A DNA stretch of 64,000 nucleotides from Tubulanus polymorphus. Its lineage: Eukaryota > Animalia > Nemertea. Shown piece after piece: positions 42,501 through 55,125 of this stretch. Location of the stretch: contig NC_134031.1 of assembly GCF_964204645.1 (NCBI RefSeq), positions 15,673,807-15,737,806 on the forward strand, in the 5' to 3' direction. The translations under genes and the position numbers were made by a program. The notes beneath the pieces were generated by a model that made no database searches, was not told where the DNA came from, and worked only from the letters and a program-made list of their open reading frames with translations. Positions within the stretch are counted from its first letter, which is position 1; each line of letters opens with the position of its first letter.

Positions 42501-44992
42501 ACCGTTGTGGGGGGGGGGGGGTATATCGGGGTTGACTGTATTTAGGTATGACAAATAAATGTCATTACATATTCATAATCCTGATGACGGTGCTATACGT
42601 ACGTATTCCCTTTTGCTTTTATTCCCAATGGATTTCCCTGTCTACTGAACAAGCCGACTGCTTTGGTTTTCGCGACGTTCGCACCGCGTTTCGACCGCCC
42701 TGAAATACGAAATGGAAAACGAGCAGATTGGCTACCCGAAGTCGTGTGACGAGGAGATCGTATATTGATGACGTTTTACGCACGTAAACCCGTTAACCGA
42801 TGCTGATTGGCGCGTTCCATTTTGATGTTTGTAACGGGAAGACTAAAACTTCTGTCGACCACGCGTTGACTTGCTCTGGCCGCTCTTCGCCGTTCACGGT
42901 CTAATTCGCGTTCTTTCCTCCAAGACTGAAAAAAATGTCATTAGTTTTACAAAAACCATTCATTCAGACTTTTCGCTTTTTCAGCGAATCCAGCCCGCTT
43001 CGTGAAATTGAATTCTATTCCGGCGGATAAAATTCAATGAATAGAATATTTGAACTCATTAACAGGACTTAAGATTCGAGTCATAGGTCTTATTTTACAC
43101 CTTTTACGCCCAGCCGCTCTAGTACTGCCTAAATGTATGTAATGCCATCATCCTTACCAGGGGTGAAAGCTGGTACAAGAAATGTTTGTACATTCGATAC
43201 TCGTTCAAAGTCAACTCCAGGTGACTATTCTGACCTTTTAGACGCTGCAGCTCGTTTTTCAAGCTTCTCACTTCCATCAGTTTGTCGAACCTATGTATTC
43301 TTTCAGATTCGGCCCTGGTGAGAAAAAAAACCGAAGCGATAACAATAATAGCCAATATAAACATCCATAAAGAAATATAGAAAAAAAACTGAAGACATTT
43401 TACAAACACGTGGCAAGCAATAATACTGACTAAGTATAAGAGGTTAATCAAAAGAGATATCATATTCAAATATCGACTCATGGAACCGGAGCAAAGCGTG
43501 CAAAGCGCAATGGACCGTTTCAACGAAAGTTCATCGGTTCAAATCCTGGTTAAGGCGAATGTTCAAATCACTAGGATGCGTGGACATGTTAGTATGGCTT
43601 TATTGAGCGAGGTGTGAAGATTTGAGGGGTTGATACATGACTCGATAACTTACGACCTTAACGCATCCATCGAGGCTCGGTCATTCTCTTTAAGCATCTC
43701 GTCAAATAGTGCCGCATCATTTTGCAGATCCGCTTCTTGTTGCTCTAGTTTCCTCTCGTTAACTGCCGACAGTCCTCCCAGCTTCCGCATCTCTTCCCGT
43801 TTAACCCCTTCGTGTATGAATGAACATTGCTGATTAAACAGAGATGATTTACACGTGATGATAGCCAGCGTGTTCATCCCCCGGCCCAAAAATTTAGTAT
43901 CCTTTAAACGTCTATCCTTGTCTATATTTTTGCATACGTCTCGAGAGGTGGCAGGTTGTACCCCCTCTCCGTATCTTGATATGATATACTTCATGGTAAG
44001 AATATTTTAGGTATAGTTGTTTGTGGAGGTTTTCTATATATCTACAATAAATCTGAATTGGACTAACATTTTCCGCTTAATCGAGAAATGCTATTCTTTA
44101 TTGCGTATATCTTTGTTAGTCCTGCGAGATACAGAGAAAGGGCATTTAAACCATATATGAGAAAAATAGTATAACAAATGATGATGGCAATACCAGTATG
44201 AAAAAAGCTAATTCATTTAGCCTCAAACATGGGCGCATTTGACCATTGTGTAGGTTTTTGTGGCAATATACGATGACGTAACTTATTTTTTGTCGCCCTC
44301 TCAAGACTTACCGAGTTGATACTCGAGTAGAAACATTTCTCGTTTTCTATTTATATATTCGTCGATGTGTTCCCTTTCTAGACGCCATTTACTGGAAGCA
44401 TCTAGAGCAAAGTCGCGATCAATCTGACACGGTTTGACATCATCGTCATCATCATCATTATTTTTATCATCATCAACACGTGTTATCGATACGCCACTGC
44501 TGCTACTGCTGCTGCTGCTGGCGTCCTTTGCCGAGTTATCATCCGAATCCAGTAGTTGAAGAATGGCCGCGTTTCGCGTTCGGTTTCTTGAAGCAAACGT
44601 CGGTTTTAAATGTATCGGTTGTTTATTTAGAGCCTTTCTTTCCTAAATACATTGATATTTTGATAGCAATAGTTCTTTGTAAAACAGTTCGGTATCATAT
44701 TTTCACACATATCTTTTCTTAGATGAAACTAAGCTACCACCTAAACATAAAACCCATCTATGTCGCCAATCGGCCAGGATCCATTCACCAATAGGCAAAA
44801 TTGATTATGTCACACAACATGGGGATCTAAGAGGCGGCAGTATTTATGAAAGGGTCTCTACCAAAGACAAAGAGAAAGACGGATACGGTTTCTCAGGTTT
44901 ACCTCTTTCCGTTCTTGGCGCAGTTGTGCATTGAATTGAAGAATATCGTCGAGGTTCGGTTGTGAAAATGGATTCGTTCGTTCCGTCGCCAT
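39558..44992 (-). CDS. CFAP100: Cilia- and flagella-associated protein 100-like (CCDC37 family), multi-exon; further 5' exons possible
   Basis: Exons encode NPFSQP, KREMFLLEYQL, DAALFDEMLKEND, YKHFLYQLSP, ELYFTDPKQILDII, EQMLGHLEGKVEEL and GRKLVYRSEP...EEEHSYFFT*. Their order matches what I recall of CCDC37/CFAP100. The last exon is 39671-39558. Confidence 0.85.
41230..41662 (+). mobile_element. Degraded non-LTR retrotransposon 3' end related to 7690-8335, with (ATCTT)n tail
   Basis: Remnants of KFRTNNHKHPVEK..GDEFH; (atctt)n at 41637-41660. Confidence 0.65.
42357..42540. mobile_element. Tc1/mariner-type MITE (similar elements at 60735-60909, 63146-63297, 63510-63646)
   Basis: Termini AGTCAACCCCCGATATA ... 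TATATCGGGGTTGACTGTA with TA flanks. Confidence 0.65.
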
Positions 44993-46399
44993 TTCACTGA
45001 CACAAAAAATGTATGCGTATGCGTCATTTCGTATAGATATTTCTATAACAGGTAGGTAAATACGTACCACGTTATGGAGCTTGTTTTCGCGGAGCACCCA
45101 GGCCGACAATGATAAGATAACGCCAAAAATGTGGAAGTCGCATTCTTCGATGATATCGTGTAAATGTAAATTGATATCTATTGGTGACACTAATTCTGAA
45201 ATACCTAACACAACCAAAATAAAATACGCGCAGGAATATTGCTGTTATTCGTATTCTTATGATAAACTTACTACTTATTTCAGTACATTCATAGCTTTAT
45301 CACTCGTCAACACTGCAGATATGTACCCTGTAACTTTTTATGACACTTGAATACGTATATATCTAGATTTTGGAAATATGATTTCATTTCCTACGAATGA
45401 AACTATATGAATATAAATGCGCTTCATAGAACGTCGGATATCAATTTGAACACCGAACTCAAATCAGATTTGAGTTCTATGATTTGAAGAAAAAAACCCT
45501 GACAATATGTAGAAAAAATAAAAGATAATGTGACGCTTCGACTGAATTCTTGGGCCAGTTTCAGTTTTTCAAAATGGCCCATAGAATTGTGCCGAAACGT
45601 CGCGAAGGTAACACTTTGAACACTTAAAAAGTTGAGTAGCCTTTGTCAGATTTCAGAACCAGAGATCCGGGTGCGCGCTTCATCATTTGAATAGACGACA
45701 TAATCTGCTCACGCCGTTCCCTCAAGGCACAGCATCGCTATCGTTTAACTTCTGGTAAATAGTCATTCGTCGGTTTCATGAGAATTCTGAATCCAGTTCC
45801 GAATGTAGAAATGTCAAAGGAATAATCTTCCCATTCCTTTTTATCGGTTTCATTTGTGTCGTCGATTACACGACTTCGCCCTTGGAAGTAAGATAAAGTA
45901 TCGTATATAGTACAACCACTGCGTTGACTGATCGTATATTGAACGCCGACGCATTCAGGTTTTCGTGACGATGATAAACGTTTTCCGACTCAACCGGGTT
46001 TAAACCGGATAAACGCGGCGTCGCTATCCGGATTATCTTCGCGGATTATCGGATTATCGCGTGTCGGCGACCACAAGGCGATTTTTGAAAGATGAATCGT
46101 CCCACACAAAGACCGACGCGCGCTCGGATATAGTTACCATTATTGATATATAGATTTGAGTTCCCATTTATTTATCTGTAAACCGAGTGATACAAAAAGG
46201 AATCCCGAGGAAAATTCACATTTTCTGTGAGAAATATTGTGGGAACTTCCGAAAAAAACGTATGACCCCGAACTCATACGCACCGAGATGCAGTGGCCTG
46301 TACAATCCCTAAGGCTCTCACACTGTTACCTTCATTTAACTATACTTTATTTTTCTTCGCTGTCAACAATCATGTAGATTTAAGTTAAATGAAAAATAG

Positions 46400-46406
46400 A
46401 TTATTT

Positions 46407-46438
<32 letters not shown>

Positions 46439-46518
46439 CGTATTATCATTATTATTATCATTACAATTTTTATTATTATTATCATCATCATTATTATTAT
46501 CAACATCATTATTATAAT
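46400..46518. repeat. Degenerate (ATT/ATC)n repeat (similar tracts at 7790-7922 and 36470-36515)
   Basis: Directly visible. Confidence 0.9.
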
Positions 46519-47102
46519 AGTTTCGAGAAGGATTGGATTGTTTAAACGCGATACTTTGGGATGGAACGCTGTCAAATGCGAGACGAAGTTCCAAAACAAA
46601 GAAATACCGGTTAAATACTACGAGCTAATCAGAAACAGGTGTATACAAAATACGATCGAGATAGAATGTCGCTTTATGCAAAGATTATGACAGTTTGACA
46701 CGATTAGCAACGTCAGCTTTTGTTACCGATCGCGCGCCTTAGTATCGGCTGCCTGTGGCAAGTGACGACCTTTTTTCTAATGATATAAATATTAGGCATC
46801 GGAAGCAACCGGCAGTCGAAAACGGAAGCGAAGCCATAGAGCTGGCAGTTATTGTTAGTCAATGAACTGATGAAGCGATTTTATAAATAACGTTATAGCG
46901 TGAGATTGGTGTCATCAATGAGATGATGAATTAGAATCCCGTAAAACAACGGATGATTCCTCTTTTGGATTTGAATCGAAAGTAGGAGAAAATCGACTGC
47001 TAACGTAGCTAATTTGGTACTAATCATCAGTCTTACTTTGACGAACAAACAACTAATTATCTTAAACGCTCGTGAATTATTATTCCGTGCTGTAACGATA
47101 TG

Positions 47103-47313
47103 TAGAAAATCCGACACTAACAAAACGAGAAAGTTGAAGTCCGAAAAGTTTCGTTCAAGCTTATGATTTTTGATTCGACGTTTCGACTAAAACCATTCCT
47201 GAAAATTGACTATTAGGTTATAGACAAGTCGAAACGTCGAATCGATAAATCATAAGCTTGAAGGAAACTTTTCGGACTTCATCTTTCTCGTTTTGTTAGT
47301 GTGGGATTCTCTA
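47103..47313. repeat. Long inverted repeat (~86-nt arms, 38-nt spacer), Penelope-terminus-like
   Basis: Arms at 47103-47188 and 47227-47313; inner ends CGACGTTTCGACT and AGTCGAAACGTCG. Confidence 0.8.
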
Positions 47314-48471
47314 TATAAGTCGAGTTGTTCTCATCTTTCTAATAACACCACTAGCAACGTGGCCTCGTAAATCTGTTCAATTATCCGCTTGTTTAATCAA
47401 CATGATGTCCTTGTTTTATGACGAATAATGTATGATGTATCATGAAAAAATATACATTTCATTTGATGAACTAAAAATCGTATAACTGGGTCCGGTTTCA
47501 TTGTAAGCTTAAATCAGTTTGAATTGTTGTCCTCATTGAAAACCTGAAGTAACCAATGGAGTAACACCAAAATTTGAGTTTAACCTTTTCGTGAAACTGG
47601 ATCCTGGGACCCATTTACCGTTTCTTCCCGCCTGATACCCTGTTGCGGTTTTTAAACTTACGTAAGCGGTTGTCATATTTTCCGCAAGAGAAGCCTACTT
47701 ACTTTTTCACAAATAAACTTGACATAATCATTGATACATGTACTTTTAAATCATCTGACATGGATTGATCATCGGGCATGCCTAGTGACTGTACTCCAAG
47801 TGATCCGATACCAATTGATTAGTTCAATTGAAGAATTCAATGCGTATTAGACATAACTGACAGCATTATACACCTCGACGACAAAAAGCATTTTGACGCC
47901 GTAAAAACCGTTAGAATATTTTTAATATACATCGATACCTAATAGTTAGCGTTATTTTAGGGGTTCTGTACGAGTCGATGTGCACTATGTCATCAATATT
48001 GGGTTTTCAAAATAACAATAATTACCAATGTGAATCATGGCTTGTAATTAAACATATTTCTTGACTCTTATTTTCTATTTGATAAATTTCAATGTCTTTT
48101 TGATAATGATTTTTTTAGAGAATGCGCACTACGTCATCAATATATCGGGGCTAGACTGGTTACCGATCAATTCAATCATTGATATACTGAAATTCAAAGC
48201 AACTTTATTGATCCTTTATAGTGTACCGCCGACAATAAAAGGCAATATGTTTTCTTTTTCTGCCGATGAAATTTCAAGTTAGTTTTCTTGTTTACTGAAT
48301 ATCTGATGAATGGACTTTCTAATCTATCGTAATCCACGAGGAGTTTTCGAAACGCTCAAATTCGTAAAACCTAGTGCAGAAAATTTAGTAATCCTTTGAC
48401 AGATTCATATTTCGCTACTTAACACTCGTGACATCATTATTCAGAAACGCGGCGCGTGTCGGTGCCCTGTT

Positions 48472-48692
48472 TATAAAACAGCGCAGCAGTTCACGACTGA
48501 TGCAATCAGCATCATCGCAACCGAGTCAAAGTTCTTCGAAGTTCTCGTCACTAAACCGCACTGCAACTACATAATATCGCGTGGAACTACCCCACGCAAA
48601 GCGAGCATGTCAATTCTGATCATCGGACGTGTCGAAAGGAAAAACAGTTTGATGGTCGGATTTCAGATTTGAGTAACCAGCGAACTTCACAG
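48472..48692 (+). promoter_or_regulatory. TATA box and probable non-coding first exon of the secreted-precursor gene
   Basis: TATAAAA at 48472; strong donor CAG|GTGAGC at 48692/48693; the next acceptor tttcAG at 50358 lies 8 nt before the ATG. Confidence 0.5.
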
Positions 48693-50366
48693 GTGAGCGA
48701 GCCAATTCACGTTGCTTCATTTTATTTTTCTAGATATTTGCTTTGTCGACTTAATCGATTGACTTCAACGTCGACTGAAAACTGAAAATGCAGAACTATC
48801 AGATTATCTCGGATTTGATTTTTACCTCAAAACTGTGATAATCTGTTCCGTTTTCATATAGATTCTACAACTTAATTATATAACAAATATATTTATGATA
48901 TCCCCGCTCCGTGAGAGAAATGGAAAACGACAAGCTTTGTTTGAAGCAAAATAAACAAGACATGTAGTTGATTGATAAGAGGTCATTTAGTATTGATATT
49001 ATAAATGTCAGATGAAACTAAGTTGATTACACAATTTACTACTCAAGAATTATTAATTTGCTTACAACGTTAGCATTCTATCATCCCGCATTTTCTTTGT
49101 TTTGTGGGTAATTAATTACTTTCTCGATTGCACATTCCTTCTCTTCCTCTTGCTTAATTCATTAGAAAAAAAACAGAGAGGTTACCTCCTTGGAAAAACC
49201 AATCAGTATTTGATACATCTTTGTTAGATCGAGGGATGAATAATTAATTAGTAAATGTATCCAATGTTCACGTATATTTCTGAAAATAGATAAGTATAAA
49301 ACATGATGGAATGATTCGACAATATTTACTGATGTGTACTGAAAATTTTGTTTAGAAAAGGAAGATGAAACGGGCCAATAATGACTGTAACTGCCTTTTA
49401 GTCGAGTTTCTGTTGAGTTCATCGACATTTCATTTCATGCGTGAAATCGAGAACAAAAATCTACGTATCAAAAACAAATGATTGTAGTTCTAGGCGATTA
49501 GGTACTGCAGATATTTCTACTGAAGGCCGAGTAATTAGATGAAAAGTACGAAATTGTAATACATATCGTTATCAGCGCGTCTAGGTTTTTTCTTAACTAG
49601 CACGAAAAAAACTGGTAGTTGCTAGAACAGCATATTTATTGAGTCGGCGCCTTCTTTTCCGGTAGCCGGAAGGGGAATCTTGACCGCTACCTGACGCATA
49701 GACGTTTAGCACTTCGTAATGTGACACTTAAAAGAGACCATTAGACCAGAGACCCAACCCCGATTACACACCAACGCATATTCAAAAAGGCGCGTAGATT
49801 CTGGCAACATTTGCAAATTGCATTCAATAATCAGCGAGATCAGTCCGGAAGATGGTATCCACAGTAACTGAGTTAAGATTTGACTCAGAGTTAACTCATT
49901 GAAAATGAATTAATTTTTGTTCAGAGCTTTCTCTAACTCACGACTGTGGAACCGGACCCAGGTCCACACAGGGCATTCTTCGGATTAAGCAGATATTTGA
50001 AGAAATACATCATAAAAGCGCGGTAACCGAGTAACCACTAGCGAATCTGGCGGATCCTCACCTGCCAAAAGTTGAATCCTCGATTGCCACAGTTTGATGA
50101 GTGCGCAATTTGCAGGTTTGACGATCGCTCTCGATATAAAGGGCAACCAAAATATTAAGGTAGGGGTCCGGCTGACACCCTCCCCCCCCCCCCCTCCATG
50201 ATTCACCCCAGATAGTATAAGAGTTCATCTGAGTCCTGTTTGATTGCAGTTCCTCCAGTTTAATTATTGAACCGCATGTAAATGTTGCACGGGTGGCTGA
50301 CCCGACAACGAACGATAAATTGCATATTTCAATTCCAAAATTCTGTCGTGTATTTCAGACTGCTGG

Positions 50367-52249
50367 ATGAAGGTACCCGAATTGAATCGTTCCCCGCACG
50401 TCGGCGTAGCGGCCTTCGCCGGGGTTATCTACACCCTGGTGTTCATTAGTACCGCGTTAGCTGCCGAAACCGATCCGATACTCAGAGCGCTAACTACCAA
50501 CTGGTTACTATCCGGTAAGGATATAATTTCGTGTAAAATGCGCGCTTTGATATTTGAGATACATTAACAAACGTTGTTAATAGGGAAGTTTCCAGTTACC
50601 AGGTGCCATCTTAAAAATGAAAAAGTTTCAGCCAATGACACAGAATTACCGATTCTTTGAGGTGCCTACCTAAAAGTGACGTACCTTTTTTTAAACTGTA
50701 ACTGTGTCCGATTGTTGCAGCCGAGAAAGATGAAATAAACACCATCAGAAAATAGAAATGGTCACCTTTCTAACGATTCATAATTTTAAATTTTGTGCCA
50801 AAAGAGGGATGGACGACAATTAATCGCGCTAGAGGTTTTAGTTTAAAAAATGCTAAAATCTATCCAACAATACCGGACATGTGGGACCGCCTCAAAATGG
50901 CGCCCGGTAACTGGAAACTTCCCTATTTACCAAGCTTTCTAAACATTGAGAAAAAGCCAATTGCGTAAAATGCAAATGTATCCAGTGACAATGTTTATAA
51001 AAGGCACCCAGGAAGATTTTAAACCGATATTAATCACCAAAACGAGCCGGGCACCAAGAGGCCTCTTTCAGGCCTCCATCCTTCCGTGATATCGAAGATG
51101 ATGATGATGATGATGATGATGATACCAGTAAACACACTCCTTCGAATAGAATAAAATAATTTGTTGACGGTTGAATCTCGGTGTGAATTACACGGATGTA
51201 AAGTGTTGCCTTATACGCCCACCAGTCGCTCGAGTATGCGTTAGGAAAAAGCGACGGGGGTCTCGGCGAAATTAAATCTCCATTACCAGGCGCATGAACG
51301 CGGGTAATAGTTTTCCGGCAATTTCCAATGGGCTCGTAGCAAAATGGTCTCAGATTGCATCGGCTTCGACGTCACACGTTTCAATTCGTTGTTACGGTGA
51401 TGTGTGAACACTTCGCCGCCGTTTCGTTCGTCGAATATCTTAAATTCCTTTCAAATAATATTTATGAAATTTCGGTGAACAAAATGAACAATGTTATTCT
51501 CGAAGAATTTTTTTTCTCATAAATTACGGTAACGGGAAGACTGTGATTACGTTCTATTGGTAACTGTCGGATATATTTAGATACTTAATTTACAGAGGGA
51601 ACGTTGCGTGTTGAAAACACGGTTCGAATCCCACATTTAGGTCATATTTTATGCTTTATCTCTGCTTTACGGTAAAATCACTCTTACAGTATCTACTGCA
51701 TATTTTTCCTTTGGTAGATCTTGTTGACCTGATCTTGATTCCTTTATTTCAGCTGAAGTAAACGCAGATGCGAGTACCACCGAAGATAGTGTAGATGATG
51801 ACGTAATACTGAATGGGAATCTGGAGGAGGTGTCTGGCGATGAGGCAGCCCAAGTTTTCCCGATTGAGGTTCCAGTCCTGACCGAACATGCACCATCGTC
51901 GAGCGTCGAGGCGGAAATACGTGTACTAAACAAAATACGCGGCGCTTTGAAACATATAGAAACGCTCATGGAAGTCAATCTAAAACAGGAAATGAAACAA
52001 GAAGCGATTAAAGCGATTTCTATCTATCGATTAATGCAAACGCCATTACAGCGAACCCGGCAGGAGACAGAAATGTCATTGAAAGGCACCCAGCCTTGGG
52101 TAAGGTCGCCGACCGTTTTAACGAAACGTAGTCGGCAAACTTGCAATCCTCGGCGTCCGAGAATTCGCGACCTCATCGTTTACTTCAGAACTGGTCGTTT
52201 GTGCAATATGAAAGTAACGAAAATTCGTTTCGGTATTGCCGGTGGATAG
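50367..52249 (+). CDS. Unassigned secreted peptide precursor, 214 aa (exons 50367-50514 and 51753-52249)
   Basis: Hydrophobic signal-like segment ending ALA-A; phase-1 intron G|GTAAGG...tttcAG; acidic pro-region; KR at 52124-52129; C-terminal 39-mer with 2 Cys ending GG*. Confidence 0.75.
50579..50927. mobile_element. MITE in the intron of the precursor gene
   Basis: Terminal inverted repeats AATAGGGAAGTTTCCAGTTACC ... GGTAACTGGAAACTTCCCTATT. Confidence 0.8.
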
Positions 52250-52698
52250 TCAAATACAACTGTGTGGTATTCATTCATTCATTAGATATAGGACAGATTT
52301 CGAAAATTCCTAATTTCTATCGGCTAAGTTTGGTCTATATGCGTGTTTAATTCGCAATTCTAGATTTAGCGAATATCATGTGAACGGATTATAAAATGAT
52401 GTTACACGATTTCTCCAAGTCTTAATTTCTCTAGGTCTCTTGATTTTTCTCTTGGTAAAATCGATTGCGCATTACATTAAAATATAGAAGTATAAAAGCG
52501 CTAATGAACTGTACGAGTATTTCTATTGTGTATCGAAATCGTAACATAAAAACTAAGGAAAGCTATAAAAACAATTGATGTATCTCAATCATCTTCAGTA
52601 AACAATATATCAATTCCTTGCGGGGTCTGTATCGAGGCGGTTAGGTATTGATTGATCACAGAACCGAAATTGGGTTAGACCGGGCTTACCTAAAACGT

Positions 52699-53046
52699 CA
52701 CTGTTCCACCATCCTCCCCCGGCAGGGATTCGAACCTGATAGCATCAAGATTGCCACGGTACGAAACCCGGCCAAAGAGCGAGTGCGCAGATACAAGCGC
52801 AGCTTAGATGATGTCATTATCAGCCAATCAGATATCTCATTTTATCTTAGCCCGGATTTTCCCATCCGTGAAATTTACCTCAGCGATTATACAACGAGCA
52901 ATCTGATTGGTGCCGCAAGTTTTCGCGCGGCAGAGTTGCGCATGTACCTGCGCACCCGGTCTATTGTGGCAGGAGTTCGTGCCGTGGCTGAGCGTAGCGA
53001 TGCCATCAGGTTCGAATCCCTTCCGTGGGAGGATGCTGGCCATTGG
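52699..53046. mobile_element. Imperfect foldback element with B-box-like sequence in both arms
   Basis: CATCCTCCCCCGGCAGGGATTCGAACCTGATAGCATC is inverted relative to GATGCCATCAGGTTCGAATCCCTTCCGTGGGAGGATG. Confidence 0.65.
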
Positions 53047-53955
53047 CCCATTGTCAACATAAATACCCTGTCATTCACTCTATCATTTCGATTGTTCGAA
53101 TATTCATATTTTGATTGATTAATCGATATCAAGATATGAATACAATGTATATAGTTGCATGGTTTTGAATTATTTCAAACGTAACCCTATAGCTGCAATA
53201 GCTGGCTTATTAAGTATGAAAAAACGCTTCTTTCCATGTTACAAGCATCATTTGCATCCATGCGTTGTGTAAGCAATTATGAATTGAAAATGTGTATTTT
53301 CGCTAATAAATCTTGATACAAATCATCAAAGACATATATCATGGTGCAGTTCTTTCACATTTCTATTATCGCCAGTCAGAGTGACCAACAGTCCACCATC
53401 TGAATAAGGCATTGGTGTGTCATCGATATTGCGCTGGGCCAGCAAATAAAAGAAAAATAAAAAATCTCCGTTTTCGCATCTATGCTATCGACGTGAGAGT
53501 GGTGTGGCCTTCGTCGATCGGATTGGAGAGAGCGAGAGAGAGAGCTATATGAACAGGACTCTATCAACCAAACCATCGAATCTAAAACTAGATAGAATCG
53601 TTTTAGTCTCCATGGCAAAACCAACGATAAAAAGTGACCCATTTTCAAAACATTTGATTATTTCCAACATGAAATTACCGTTTTATCTTATCCAAATTGA
53701 TGATTGATTGTGGCCGATTGTGGCAAGGTCGTTAACGTTTACTGCAATCAATCGATTTCTGAGAAAATTAATAAATGATTATTACAATTCAGCGATCATG
53801 AAAAGTTGATGTTTTACGAGTCCAAACAATCGAGCTATTTGCTCACCTGCCATGTATGCAATGAATAACAAAATGCTGGTAGAATCATCCATTGTTATAG
53901 TGAATTTATTTCTTATGATCATGAGCGAGACAGCGTTATCTATAACGTCGAAAAT

Positions 53956-53958
<3 letters not shown>

Positions 53959-54009
<51 letters not shown>

Positions 54010-54014
54010 TATAT
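53959..54014. repeat. (AT)n microsatellite upstream of GPCR copy 1
   Basis: Directly visible; absent from copy 2. Confidence 0.95.
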
Positions 54015-54132
54015 AAAAAATTCTAAAGACTCTAATTCGAATTCATTTGGAAAGGCTGTTTTGCACGAATAGTGCTAGCTACACGTGCATCTCGTGTCGG
54101 GAATTTCTACGTATATTTCTTTCGTTCAAACG

Positions 54133-55125
54133 ATGACTTGTAATCTAAGTTATTTCGGACCGACTTTCTGGGGTCATCTGTTACAGAACGGTTACAACTC
54201 GACGTCTCACGCAGGACGGGTGTTCGTGGCTGTGTTTATACCGGTTAACTCCGTTCTCGGACTGGTTGGAAATCTTACCGCGTTCGCAGTTCTGATTTCA
54301 ACCCCGAGTCTACGAAAGTGTGGCTATTCGGCGATACTGTTGGTTCTGGCTTGTTCGGATTCTGTGGCGCTTATATCTCGACTGGTTATCTGGGGTAATC
54401 TGGTGGTAGCGATGGCGGGCCGGGGTTCAGGCGTTTCTCTCGATACGACGGCGAAATGTCTCGTTACCGAACAAATAACAGCGACAAGTTTTATCGACGC
54501 AGCTCTGGTCGTATTGATTACGTTGGAGAGATTTGTTGTGATGTGTGTGCCGAAATTAAAATCATACTGCACTTTTGAGAACGTTCTGAAAGCGACGCTG
54601 TTCGCGTTGGTGATTTGCGTGACAATCTGCGTAGCGATTACATCTTCGATAATATACGTTCCCGAATGCGAGTTCGGGTGCGTGGAACCGCGTTTTCGCC
54701 GTAAAATCAAACTGACTATCGCGAGTATAATCATCGGTCCATTACCCGTCGCATTGATTTGCCTCTTCAACGGTCTCACCTTGCACAAGTTGGTGCGCCC
54801 CCGCGTTCCCAAACGCGGCAAGGGTATCCGCAACAAGACAGCGCGAGCTACGATCATGCTGCTGGTAACGTCGTTCAGCTACGCAACTATTACCTCCCCC
54901 TATAGCATAACGCTTTTCGCATACAAATCTTTGATACGCAACATGAATAGTTACCTGTTTCCCATTCGATGCCTCGTTGATTTGAATTACAGCATCAACT
55001 TCTTCCTTTACTACGTTTCTGGACAGGAATTCCGGGCTGGTGCGTCTAGGTTGATTGGACGCGGAGTCGACACGCAAACAGATGAGACCACACCTAGCTT
55101 CAACGACACGCTTTCTCTGTCGTAA
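54133..55125 (+). CDS. Intronless rhodopsin-class GPCR, peptide-receptor-like, tandem copy 1
   Basis: First ATG at 54133; GN in TM1, LACSD in TM2, TLERF after TM3, NYSINFFLY in TM7. Confidence 0.88.
   Translation: MTCNLSYFGPTFWGHLLQNGYNSTSHAGRVFVAVFIPVNSVLGLVGNLTAFAVLISTPSLRKCGYSAILLVLACSDSVALISRLVIWGNLVVAMAGRGSGVSLDTTAKCLVTEQITATSFIDAALVVLITLERFVVMCVPKLKSYCTFENVLKATLFALVICVTICVAITSSIIYVPECEFGCVEPRFRRKIKLTIASIIIGPLPVALICLFNGLTLHKLVRPRVPKRGKGIRNKTARATIMLLVTSFSYATITSPYSITLFAYKSLIRNMNSYLFPIRCLVDLNYSINFFLYYVSGQEFRAGASRLIGRGVDTQTDETTPSFNDTLSLS

Noticed and set aside
52130-52246. Assigning the peptide to CNMamide, RFamide or elevenin families
   Set aside because: CNM is internal and not followed by Gly plus basic residues. 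RFG is not followed by a cleavage site. The Cys spacing does not fit elevenin.
52648-53118. 156-aa plus-strand ORF
   Set aside because: It starts at TTG, lies across a foldback repeat and has no recognisable motif.
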